Source: a virus. From it: a stretch of 64,000 nucleotides of DNA. The stretch is from positions 11,765 through 75,764 of the IMG/VR virus record IMGVR_UViG_3300031251_000011; one strand, 5' to 3'. Positions 36,846 to 45,655 of this stretch are shown here, piece after piece. Every line of letters begins with the position of its first letter. Positions within the stretch are counted from its first letter, which is position 1. A model generated the notes under the pieces. That model was not told where the DNA came from and did no database searches. It saw only the letters and a list, made by a program, of their open reading frames with translations. The position numbers were made by a program, and so were the translations under genes.

Positions 36846-37330
36846 GGGCCGCCCCAGCCGTAGAGCCCGCCGTAACCGTTCCCAGGCGGGAGACCGCCGG
36901 GCTGCAGGGAGCCTGGCGCGTAGCGCATCGTCCTGTACGCGGCGGTCGCCGCCCAGAAGCCCAGGCCGTACTTGGTCTGCGCCAGCCACGCCTCCACGCC
37001 GCCCGTGCCCGGAGCCGTCGCAAGCTCGGTCGAGACGTTCACGCTGCCCTGCGCGGCGGAGCTGACGCGACCGACCGGCGTGTTGGCGTCCTGCGGCGCG
37101 CCCGGCTCAAGCGCCCCCTGGCTCTGCGAGTAGAGCGCCGCGATGTGCGCGGTCAGCATGTTCAGGTAGAGCAGCTGCGTGCCGACGGTCGGGTTCAGCG
37201 ACGTGCCGTCGTTGCGCCAGTACAGCCCGGCCTCGGCGAAGTAGGCGGCCGCGGTCGCCTCAGGCACGGCGGCGAACTCGGGGTAGCGAGCCACCCAGCC
37301 GTCGTAGCTGAAGTCCACCGCGGCCGACAC
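36833..37330 (-). CDS. Head-tail adaptor (DUF4054)
   Basis: 'F.Y..W..RYPEF..MLTAHIA.L..VGRVSSA.QGSV.VS..QTKYG..FW'. Confidence 0.82.
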   Translation of the reverse strand: MSAAVDFSYDGWVARYPEFAAVPEATAAAYFAEAGLYWRNDGTSLNPTVGTQLLYLNMLTAHIAALYSQSQGALEPGAPQDANTPVGRVSSAAQGSVNVSTELATAPGTGGVEAWLAQTKYGLGFWAATAAYRTMRYAPGSLQPGGLPPGNGYGGLYGWGGPWSS

Positions 37331-37331
37331 G

Positions 37332-37835
37332 CTACTGGAACCTCGGCTGCTCGTCAGCCGGCACAGCGTCCGCGATGCCGCTCTTCGGGCGCGGGCGCCG
37401 CGGGTCGCCGACAGGCGCGAAGGGCTCCAGGCCTGAGCGGGTCTCGGCGTGGTCGTCGCTCCAGGCTTCGCCGTCGGCCTGGTCGGCGGCCGCGTAGATG
37501 AGGTTGTTGCGGACCATGGCAGAGTCGCGGTTGGCTTCCAGCCAGTTGTCCCACAGGTTCTTGTCGATGCCGGTGGTGATGGCGTAGCCGTTCTCGTTGA
37601 CCAGCGTTTTGGCCGCGCCGCCGAACGGCTTGGACACGCCGAAGATGAGAGCCTCCTGGCCCGTGGGCTCCGCGACGTTCACGTCGCGCGACCCGCCGCC
37701 CATGACAAGCTCGCTGGTCTTCCGCATGCGGTAGCCACGGATGCGCACGCCGTGGGGGAGCTTGCAGAACACCGTGACCTTCTCGCCTGCTGAGCTGGCG
37801 CCCGGCGTTGCCGCGGCGCCCCTGTTCTTTGCCAT
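37332..37835 (-). CDS. Conserved head-module protein
   Basis: 'V.CKLPHG..GYAIT..W..WL..SGLEP'; follows the major capsid gene. Confidence 0.65.
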   Translation of the reverse strand: MAKNRGAAATPGASSAGEKVTVFCKLPHGVRIRGYRMRKTSELVMGGGSRDVNVAEPTGQEALIFGVSKPFGGAAKTLVNENGYAITTGIDKNLWDNWLEANRDSAMVRNNLIYAAADQADGEAWSDDHAETRSGLEPFAPVGDPRRPRPKSGIADAVPADEQPRFQ

Positions 37836-37924
37836 TCCGTCGTCCTCCTGGTTTCAGCTGCCGTGCCTCCGGCCGCTGAGAAGGAGCCGCCGGCGAACCG
37901 GCGGCCCAGACTCAGCGGTCGGCG

Positions 37925-39037
37925 TCAGACGCCGATCATCTGCTGGAAGGCGAACGGCTGGCGGATGATGGCGCCCCAGGTGCCACCGATCTCCTTCTGC
38001 TTGTACGCGCTCATCTCGCGCACGATCGGGAACGTGCGGAGCTTCTCGTTGAACGCGCAGTAGCCGGTGTCCTGACCCTCGACCTCGTCGGCGATCAGCT
38101 GGACCAGGTTGCCGGCGGCGACGCCCTGGCTGTTCGAGGTCGTCTGCGCGCCGTACTGCGGCACGGTGACAATCTTGATCTTCCCGCCGAAGTTCTTCTT
38201 CAGCAGGTCCTCGACGTTCACGTTGAACGAGTTCGTGAAGGTCATCGCGACCGACGAGCCCGGCGACATGGCCAGGGTCATCTGCGTGTCCTTGTCGACC
38301 AGGCCCGCGTTGACCTGCACGAGGCGCTCGAACATCATGATGATGTCGTTGTAGACCTCGTTGGCCGTGGCGTTGGGAGCGCCGGAGGCTGTGAACCAGC
38401 CGGTGCCGCCGTTCGCCTTGGTCGCGGGGGTCAGGGGGGCGGGCAGCTGCGGGTCGTTGGTGAGCCCGTAGTTCTGCAGGCCGGCGACGCCGAACAGGTA
38501 CGTGAAGTTCGAGTACCGGGTTAGCAGGTCGGCGGCGGAGCGGTTCAGCTCCGACACCCAGTTGATCTTTGCCAGGCCCGCGCGCTCCATCTCCAGGTCG
38601 CCGTACGAGACGATCGTCTGGAACAGGTACGACTGGCGCTGCGGCCAGTTGGTGTTCGCGCCGGCGCTTCCGTTGTTGCTGTAGTCCCCGTAGCTGGAGA
38701 CCTCGCCGGTGTGCTCGACGACCGGGAACATCGCGGTTTGCGTGGTCCAGTCGCCCTTCTTGTTCTCGCCCAGGACCTCGGCCGCCTTCGTCGGCGCGAA
38801 GAGCACCTCGATGGTGGTCGGGTCGATGAACGTGGTCAGCATCGTGGGGACGCCGGAGTTCGGGTCCGTCTGCAGGCCGGGCTGCGCGTCCATGCCCATG
38901 ACGGCATCCATCGCCATGGCGTAGTTGCTGCGGAAGGCGGGAGGCAGGTAGGCGCTCACGCCGTGGAGGTTCACGCCCAGCTCCCGGAAGCGGCCGACGT
39001 CGGCCTGGAACTTTGCGCGCGCTTCGATGAGGTTCAT
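37925..39037 (-). CDS. Major capsid protein (DUF2184)
   Basis: 'KKGDWT..FPVVE.TGEVSSYGD..NWPQRQSY.FQT..GVAGLQNYG..NDP..GTWGAIIRQP'. Confidence 0.9.
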   Translation of the reverse strand: MNLIEARAKFQADVGRFRELGVNLHGVSAYLPPAFRSNYAMAMDAVMGMDAQPGLQTDPNSGVPTMLTTFIDPTTIEVLFAPTKAAEVLGENKKGDWTTQTAMFPVVEHTGEVSSYGDYSNNGSAGANTNWPQRQSYLFQTIVSYGDLEMERAGLAKINWVSELNRSAADLLTRYSNFTYLFGVAGLQNYGLTNDPQLPAPLTPATKANGGTGWFTASGAPNATANEVYNDIIMMFERLVQVNAGLVDKDTQMTLAMSPGSSVAMTFTNSFNVNVEDLLKKNFGGKIKIVTVPQYGAQTTSNSQGVAAGNLVQLIADEVEGQDTGYCAFNEKLRTFPIVREMSAYKQKEIGGTWGAIIRQPFAFQQMIGV

Positions 39038-39068
39038 GGTTCAGGTGTCCTTTCTGTTCCGGCCACGA

Positions 39069-40010
39069 TCAGCCGAGGTAATGGTCGCTGATCTTGACCA
39101 GCTCGCCGACACCGGCGAACGACATGGCCTTCCATTTGGTGGCGACGTTGACGGTAGAGCCGATGGTGGTCGACCCAGCGGTCTGCGTGGTGCCGACGTA
39201 GTAGGTCCCGAGGCCGCCCGTTCCGGTGCCGAACTCGTAGATGGTCGTGCCGGCCGTGACGCCCGAGCCCGACAGGATCGATCCGATGCTGAACGAGCCG
39301 GTGAGGCCCGAGGCGGCGGTGAAGACGCCGTAGGTGCCGGCGATCGCCGTGCCCGCCGCCACGGCCTGGTCGGGGATCGACACAGCGTAGGTGCCGACGT
39401 CGTGGGCCGTGCCGGAGAGCTGGCGCACGATGCGCGTGCCGCTGGCGACGCCGGTGCCCGTGAGGAGCGCGCCGTTCACCAGGAGGCCCGAGCCGCCGTT
39501 GACGGTGGTGACCGTCAGCGTGTCGTTGACGATCGAGCCCACGACGTCGATGGCGGTGCCCGCGGCGATGGAGCCCGTGACGGCGCCGGTGAGAGCGCCG
39601 AACGTGACCTTGCCGTCGGCGAGGTTGGCGTAGGCCGTGGCGCCGGGGACGACCGCGGCCGCCCCGTCGTTCACGCACCAGAAGTCGCCGCCGTTCATCA
39701 GCGTCATGCCGAAGCCCTGCGGGATTTTCATCGATGCGATGGCGAGGTAGTCGCTGATGAGGGCCTGCTGCTCGCGGTGAACGAAGCCCGCGACCGAGCC
39801 CACGCCCACGTTGCTCGCCTGCGCGGGAGCGCCGTCGCCGTCAGCCGGCGCGTAGAGCCACGCGAAGCGGCCGACGTAGCAGCCCCCCGCGGCAGCCACG
39901 ATGCCGGCGGGGCCGGCGTCGACGCTGAAGTAGGGGTTGCGGCTGGCGAAGTCGCCCGCCACGCCCCGTGCCGGCTGGTCGTTGACCGCCGTCTGGAAAC
40001 CGTTGCTCAT
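39069..40010 (-). CDS. Capsid decoration/cement protein with inserted beta modules
   Basis: 'GFQT.VN..PA.GVAGDFAS.NP..VGRFAW..GFVHREQQALI..GDFW'. Confidence 0.78.
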   Translation of the reverse strand: MSNGFQTAVNDQPARGVAGDFASRNPYFSVDAGPAGIVAAAGGCYVGRFAWLYAPADGDGAPAQASNVGVGSVAGFVHREQQALISDYLAIASMKIPQGFGMTLMNGGDFWCVNDGAAAVVPGATAYANLADGKVTFGALTGAVTGSIAAGTAIDVVGSIVNDTLTVTTVNGGSGLLVNGALLTGTGVASGTRIVRQLSGTAHDVGTYAVSIPDQAVAAGTAIAGTYGVFTAASGLTGSFSIGSILSGSGVTAGTTIYEFGTGTGGLGTYYVGTTQTAGSTTIGSTVNVATKWKAMSFAGVGELVKISDHYLG

Positions 40011-40037
40011 TCTCTAGTCCTTTCCTGTTTCCGGCGA

Positions 40038-41657
40038 TCAGCCGAGGTTGCCGATGTTGGCGGTGTGCGGGAAGCGCTCGGCGAAGCTCGTCGCCGCGGC
40101 GGCGTCCAGCGCGATGGGCTCCGCCCCCTGGCGGCGGGCGCCGGGCTTCGGCTGCGCCGAGACCACGAGCTTGAGCGCGGCCGGATCGGTCACGCCCTCG
40201 GTCTTGACGCCGAGCGCGCTGAGGGCGCCCTGGTAGACCGCCTCCGCGCTGTCGAACGCGAGAGACGAGACCTCGCCGACCCACGGCTTGACGAAGGCGA
40301 CCGCCTCGTGGATGGACTTCTGCGTCTCGCGCACGCGCTTCTCGGTGGCCTCGGTCGCGGCCTTGATGGCAGCGTCCATAGCGGGTTTCGTCACCATGTC
40401 CTTCTTGTCCTTGTCCTTGTTGGGGTCCTCGTCATCGGCTGTGGCGTCGGGATCGGCGCCCTCTTTGGCAGCGGCCGCGGGGTCAGCCCCGCCGCCCGCC
40501 ATCGCCATGATCTTGGCGACGACCTCGGGCGGCAGGCCGAGCGTGGCCAGGAAGGCCGTCAGCTCGGCGTTGTCACCGCCCGCCGCCATCGCGGGGTCAC
40601 CGGCGCCGGGCTCGGTCGCGGCGGGCATCGCCGCCTCCGGGATCATCGCGTCGGCCTCGACCGCGGGGGGAGCGCCGCCGGGCGCCACGACCTGGTCGAG
40701 CAGCTTCATGATGATGTCGTCCGGGCCGACGCCGCCAGACGCGGTCGCCTCGGGCGTCATCATCGGGTCCAGCGCGTCGCGCGCGATCTTGACGACCGCG
40801 GCCAGCTTCTTCTTATCGATCGACTTGCCGTCCTGCGCGAGCAGTGTCTTCAACGTCACGCCGCTCGTGATCTTCGCGTAGTCCGGCTTCTTGTCCATGG
40901 CGAGCTTCGGAGCGTAGAGGGCCATCAGGGCCGCCGACACACCGAGCGCGGCACGCGATACCGGCGTCACCTTCTTGCTCATCTCGTTCTCCTCTTGCTG
41001 TGGCATGGCCTCGTCACCGACGACCACGTCAGGGCCGGCACGGCCCTTCTTCACGAGAGCAACGTGGTTGCCCACGATGTCGCGCATCACTCCGTCGTAC
41101 TTGACGCCCTCCCAGGCGCCGGGGGTCATGTCGGCGCGGTATCGGTACGCGCTCGACAGCTCCTTCTGCTGATCGCTCTCGACACCGTCGATCGCCTCGC
41201 GCGTCCAGACGGACAGCGCGTTGTAGAGGTAGGGGTCCTCGAAGAAGGCCGTCGTTCCCGTGCAGCCGCCGACGATGTCCTTCTGCGGGTCGTCAGCCGA
41301 GACCGCGACGTGCTTCACGAGGATCGGCAGGCCGTTGAACGTCGGCGCCGCCTTGCGAAGCTCCTCCGGGTCGCGGAAGAGCATGTAGACCTGCGTGGGG
41401 ACCAGCCCCAGCTCCTCGGCGTTCGGTATCTCGGAGCCCAGGTACGGGTTCACGCAGGCCTTGCTGATGGGAGCCTGGTTGACCCGCAGGCGGCCGTCGG
41501 CGTCGTAGACGCGCGTGGTGTCCTTGTCGAACGCCAGGCCGGAGGGCAGGGGGAGGGTGAGAAGGGCTGAGGCGCGGCTGGCGACCTCGCGCGACGGGAA
41601 CGGTCCCACCGGGGTCTCGGAGTCAGCGGCGAGGAAGTAGAAGCCGTCGTTGTCCAT
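40038..41657 (-). CDS. Prohead protease (DUF2213) fused to a scaffold region
   Basis: '[49 protein letters not shown]'. Confidence 0.9.
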   Translation of the reverse strand: MDNDGFYFLAADSETPVGPFPSREVASRASALLTLPLPSGLAFDKDTTRVYDADGRLRVNQAPISKACVNPYLGSEIPNAEELGLVPTQVYMLFRDPEELRKAAPTFNGLPILVKHVAVSADDPQKDIVGGCTGTTAFFEDPYLYNALSVWTREAIDGVESDQQKELSSAYRYRADMTPGAWEGVKYDGVMRDIVGNHVALVKKGRAGPDVVVGDEAMPQQEENEMSKKVTPVSRAALGVSAALMALYAPKLAMDKKPDYAKITSGVTLKTLLAQDGKSIDKKKLAAVVKIARDALDPMMTPEATASGGVGPDDIIMKLLDQVVAPGGAPPAVEADAMIPEAAMPAATEPGAGDPAMAAGGDNAELTAFLATLGLPPEVVAKIMAMAGGGADPAAAAKEGADPDATADDEDPNKDKDKKDMVTKPAMDAAIKAATEATEKRVRETQKSIHEAVAFVKPWVGEVSSLAFDSAEAVYQGALSALGVKTEGVTDPAALKLVVSAQPKPGARRQGAEPIALDAAAATSFAERFPHTANIGNLG

Positions 41658-41864
41658 TCAGCACCTCCCCCACTCTTCAATCTTCCAGTTGTGCAGCCTG
41701 AGCGCGTGCGCCTTCATCAGAGCGCCGAGCTTGCTCGCCTCCTCGGCGTCGCCGCTCGCCAGCCTCACGGCCTCGGCGGCCTGCTCGTCCGTGAAGCCGA
41801 GCCACCCCGCCATCGCGTTCACGTACACGCCGTCGTTGAACCTGATCTCGACCCGGTAGGCCAC
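41658..41864 (-). CDS. Hypothetical protein
   Basis: Fills the gap between the MuF and protease genes. Confidence 0.5.
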   Translation of the reverse strand: MAYRVEIRFNDGVYVNAMAGWLGFTDEQAAEAVRLASGDAEEASKLGALMKAHALRLHNWKIEEWGRC

Positions 41865-41865
41865 C

Positions 41866-42684
41866 TCAGATGAAACCCGGTATCACCGTGCGCGACGTAC
41901 ACCTACAATTTATCAGCTGCCCAGGGAAGATGCGCTCGCCGACCGCCGGGTCCAGCCACCCGAGCCTGACGTCGTACAGCTCGCCGTCGTTCTTCACGTG
42001 CGTGGGCCGTGGCTTCTTGCCAGCGTGGCTGTGCTTCCACACCGCCTGCTCCGCGCCGATCTCGAGCTGGCGGGACCTGGTGAACGCGCTCGTGATCTTC
42101 GTGTTCTGGTCGAGGCTGATGATCTTCGCGCGGCGCTTGCTGACCCCGTACGACTGCTCCAGCTTCTTGGACAGGCCGCCCACGTCCATGCCGGTCTGCA
42201 CCGCGCTGGCGACGTGGACCTGCACATCTTTCAGGTACTGCTCCGGGATCGACTTGATGAGCCCGACGTTCTCGGCGACCGCGCTCGCCAGTATCTCGCG
42301 CTGCGCGGCCGTCATCTCGAAGTCGATCGAGAAGCCGGCGTCCTGCAGTATCTTCCTCAGCTGCGCGTCGGACCTCTTGCCCGCGGCCTTTGCGAAGTAG
42401 GCCGCCAGGCGCTCGGCGCCCTCGTCGAAGTTGTCGAGCCAGCGTTTGGTCAGCTCGTCGACAACCTTCTGCGCCCTGGTCTTTGACTTGGCGGCGTCAA
42501 GCGCGAGGGAGGCCTGATCCTGCGCCAGCTTCTGCATCGCCGGCGGGTCCGCCCTGTACGCCGCGAGCACCCACTTCGTGAACGACGCGTGCATGGCGTC
42601 GATCATCGCGTCGAGGCGCCTGCGGTACTTGACCTGCAGGCCCGCGTTCGGGAAGACGGGGCGGAGGACCTTGGGCTTCTTCAC
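41866..42684 (-). CDS. Head morphogenesis protein (MuF/SPP1 gp7-like)
   Basis: 'ENV.LIKSIP..RA..I..DQ..W.HS...PRPTH...G..PGQLINCRC'. Confidence 0.88.
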   Translation of the reverse strand: MKKPKVLRPVFPNAGLQVKYRRRLDAMIDAMHASFTKWVLAAYRADPPAMQKLAQDQASLALDAAKSKTRAQKVVDELTKRWLDNFDEGAERLAAYFAKAAGKRSDAQLRKILQDAGFSIDFEMTAAQREILASAVAENVGLIKSIPEQYLKDVQVHVASAVQTGMDVGGLSKKLEQSYGVSKRRAKIISLDQNTKITSAFTRSRQLEIGAEQAVWKHSHAGKKPRPTHVKNDGELYDVRLGWLDPAVGERIFPGQLINCRCTSRTVIPGFI

Positions 42685-43100
42685 GTAGCCCTGTGTTTGC
42701 TGTGAACGGCGTTATGAACGTCCTTGCCGTTCTTAGAATGCAGCTCGACGGTCTCCATCTGGTAGGGGCCGGGCGATCGTTCCCATGACGACACGTGCAG
42801 ACCTCCCATCATCGGGGAGAGCTTATCCATGTATTTTCCGGAGCCCTGCTGGTACGACGGCTTGAAACCGTTAGCCTTCAAATGTTGCACAATGTTCTCG
42901 TGAGGGACTGGCTTCGCCGGCGCGTAGCTCTGGTACGCGTTCAGCTCCGGCTTGTAGCCCGAGCCAGGCTTGTGAGCAAGCCCCGCTTTCTTCAGAACGT
43001 CCGCGCCACTCCCGAACTGCCCATTCGCGGCGCGCTTGATCTCAGCGTCCATCGCGAAGTGTCGTGTCCGGTAAGCCAGCTCAGCTTCAAGGTCTGTCAT
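42681..43100 (-). CDS. Putative head-packaged internal protein
   Basis: 'AMDAE..KRAANGQFGSG' N-terminus; lower-GC codon usage. Confidence 0.55.
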   Translation of the reverse strand: MTDLEAELAYRTRHFAMDAEIKRAANGQFGSGADVLKKAGLAHKPGSGYKPELNAYQSYAPAKPVPHENIVQHLKANGFKPSYQQGSGKYMDKLSPMMGGLHVSSWERSPGPYQMETVELHSKNGKDVHNAVHSKHRAT

Positions 43101-44872
43101 GGTACAAGCTCCGATGCTGGCCGCGCCCTCGTGCGCCGGTCGCCCTCGCGCCCCCTGCCATCGCGGCCAGCGCGTCTGTCTCCTCGCGCCTGCAGCCGGT
43201 CCTCTTCCCGCTCCTGCTCGCGCTTCTTCAATCTCTCTTCCCTAGGATCGGCGCGCCCCTCCTCGCCGATGCCGAACATGCCTCCGACGTCGCCGGTGAA
43301 GTCCTCCTGGTCGACGCTCTCGGGCACGTCGTCGACGTCGAGCCCGCTGTACGGCGAGTTCTTGTCGCCCGCCAGCTTCTCGCGCACCTCGGTCGGGTCC
43401 AGGATGCCCGCGCCTACGTAGGCCACGTCGGTGTCGGCCTCGGTCTTCTTGACGCCGGCCAGCTCCGTCTCGTTCAGGCTCTCCATCGGCACGAACTCGA
43501 AGACGATCTCGGTGTCGAGCTTCCCCCACAGGTCGTACATGCAGAAGCCCACGACCGCTTCGAGGTGCTCGCGGTAGAACTTGTCCTGGTACGCCGAGAC
43601 CCACTCGTACCACGTGGTCAGCTCTCCTTCTGAACTCGCGTTCAGACCGGCGGGCTGCACGCCCAGGAGCTTGACGACCGGCGTTCCCGACACCGAGCAC
43701 ATCTGCTCCTGGGCCTGAGCCTGCAGCTTGTCGAGCGAGGCCAGCGAGGCCGACACGTTCTTGAAGTCCTCGCTGTCCTTGTTGATGAGCATCAGGCCCT
43801 GGTTCGTCTTCAGGTTCGCGAAGAGGGCCGCCCTCCTGAACAGCGCGTCGCCGCCCTCGGAGCCCAGCGACGCCATGTCCGTGCTTAGCACCATCGTGGA
43901 GAAGGTCCAGATGAGGTCGGCCACGGACTGCCGCGTGCGCAGCCAGTTGTCGATGTAGGGCTTCGCCATCTGCGACATGGAGAGGCCGCCGAACGCGTAG
44001 CTAGGCTTCAGCAGGTCCGGGACCTCGCGGCCGATGAACGTCAGCAGGCGGCTGACGTGCATCTGCTTCCCCTGCACGAACCACTGTTGCGGGTTGTACC
44101 AGTCGGGCTTCAGCGGGTCGGTCGCGTTGTAGCCGGCCGGGTAGGTCCAGACGGGCTCGACCGGCTTCACGGCCTTCAGGAAGCCCGTCTTGCCGCCGAA
44201 CTTGAACTTGGTCGTCTCGTCGCGGCCGTTGCCGATCGGTGTCTTCAGCTCGTCGCGCTCGTCCGTGGCGCCCGTGTCGATGTAGAGGTGCGCCCTGCCC
44301 ATCAGGCCGTCGATCTCCGTCATCTTCCGGAACACGCCGCGCACGTTCAGCTGCTTGAGCCTGTTCTCAAGCTGCTTGATCTTCTCCACCTTGGAGTCGG
44401 CGTCGGTCGAGGTCGACTTGAACTCGATCCACTGCCGGGTCATGTCGGTCGCCAGCACCTCGCTGATGCGCCGGTACTCCGGGCGCTGCGCCAATTCGCT
44501 GAGGTACGGGTAGCCGAGGAACGTGATGCCGTTGAAGAAGGCGTTGTTGTAGACCGCCTGCGAGGCCCACACGGCCGCGCTGTCCGAGTCGATGCCCGCG
44601 TCCATGGCGATGCGCGAAGCCGTGAGCTTACCCGGCAGGACGCGGGGCGGGGGCTCGACGATGAAGAACGGCTGCACGAGGTGCCCCTCGCTCTTCAGCC
44701 GCGAACGTATCAGCAGGCTGTCGCTGATCTTCGACCAGGGCTGAGGGGGAGACAGGGGGGCGGCCGCGATCGCCCTGTCGAGCGCCGTGTCCTTGCGCGG
44801 CTTGATGACCTCGGGCTTGAACGGCTTGCGCCTCTTCGCCTTCGTCTTCTTCGGGAGGAGGCTACGCGCCAA
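43097..44872 (-). CDS. Portal protein (DUF1073)
   Basis: 'FLGYPYLSELAQRPEYR..YNA.DPL.PD.Y.P..LKPSY.FGGLS..PAGLNASSEGE'. Confidence 0.9.
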   Translation of the reverse strand: MARSLLPKKTKAKRRKPFKPEVIKPRKDTALDRAIAAAPLSPPQPWSKISDSLLIRSRLKSEGHLVQPFFIVEPPPRVLPGKLTASRIAMDAGIDSDSAAVWASQAVYNNAFFNGITFLGYPYLSELAQRPEYRRISEVLATDMTRQWIEFKSTSTDADSKVEKIKQLENRLKQLNVRGVFRKMTEIDGLMGRAHLYIDTGATDERDELKTPIGNGRDETTKFKFGGKTGFLKAVKPVEPVWTYPAGYNATDPLKPDWYNPQQWFVQGKQMHVSRLLTFIGREVPDLLKPSYAFGGLSMSQMAKPYIDNWLRTRQSVADLIWTFSTMVLSTDMASLGSEGGDALFRRAALFANLKTNQGLMLINKDSEDFKNVSASLASLDKLQAQAQEQMCSVSGTPVVKLLGVQPAGLNASSEGELTTWYEWVSAYQDKFYREHLEAVVGFCMYDLWGKLDTEIVFEFVPMESLNETELAGVKKTEADTDVAYVGAGILDPTEVREKLAGDKNSPYSGLDVDDVPESVDQEDFTGDVGGMFGIGEEGRADPREERLKKREQEREEDRLQARGDRRAGRDGRGREGDRRTRARPASELVP

Positions 44873-45116
44873 CTGCCTCGGCCTTCCTCATCCGGGCCAG
44901 GCGCCGCTGCGCGATGGTCTTCTTCGTGCTCGGCCCCGGCTTCACGAGCGACGGCGAGAGCGGGAACTGCGCCAGCATGATGGTCGCCGCGGCCTTCGGG
45001 CCGCTCAGCTTCGAGACGTCGACAACGCGGCTCGCGATCAACCTGGCGAGCGAGCCCGGGCGCGTGGCCGTGTTGATGACGAGGGCCTTCTCCGCTTCCA
45101 TCAGAGCCTCTTTCAT
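44862..45116 (-). CDS. Hypothetical protein
   Basis: ATGA-coupled to an upstream micro-ORF (45113-45214). Confidence 0.45.
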   Translation of the reverse strand: MKEALMEAEKALVINTATRPGSLARLIASRVVDVSKLSGPKAAATIMLAQFPLSPSLVKPGPSTKKTIAQRRLARMRKAEAVGA

Positions 45117-45230
45117 CGGTCCGCCGCCGGCGCGCCGTAGCGGACCTGGCAGCCGATCGCCGACCGCAGCAGGTTCCACGCCAGCTTCGCCACTCTGATC
45201 TGCTTATCGCTCATGCTGCTCTCCACCGCG

Positions 45231-45464
45231 TTACAGGTCAGCGCTCATGAACACGTCCCTCACGCTGAGAGGCCGGTTGCGCAGCTTCCCGCGCAGGCCC
45301 AGGCTGCGTGGGCGATGAGCACGCGGCTGCTTCTCTGTTCTGGGCCACGCGCCCAAGAACATGCCGGCCACGTTCTCCATGGCCTGGCGCTCGTCGACCG
45401 TGTACTTCCACTTCTGAGCGCGCGCCGCCAGCTTCGCGCCGCAGCGGAGCAGCGTGTCGTTCAC
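45231..45464 (-). CDS. Hypothetical basic protein
   Basis: GGAGG RBS; GTGA overlap. Confidence 0.45.
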   Translation of the reverse strand: MNDTLLRCGAKLAARAQKWKYTVDERQAMENVAGMFLGAWPRTEKQPRAHRPRSLGLRGKLRNRPLSVRDVFMSADL

Positions 45465-45655
45465 GCCGCCCTCCTGAACAAATCACGCACCGTCAGCCTG
45501 CGTTCCCGCATCGGCTTCTCGCGACGCTGGCTCGGGTAGAAGCGCCACTCGTCAGACAGGGCCGGGCGCTCAACCGTCATCATGGCCTGCACGAACCAGG
45601 CGAATTTGCAGAACGCGCGCATGGCCGGATCGATCCGCCGCTTATTAGGCTGCAC
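45461..45655 (-). CDS. Hypothetical basic protein
   Basis: Overlaps the TerL stop. Confidence 0.45.
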   Translation of the reverse strand: MQPNKRRIDPAMRAFCKFAWFVQAMMTVERPALSDEWRFYPSQRREKPMRERRLTVRDLFRRAA

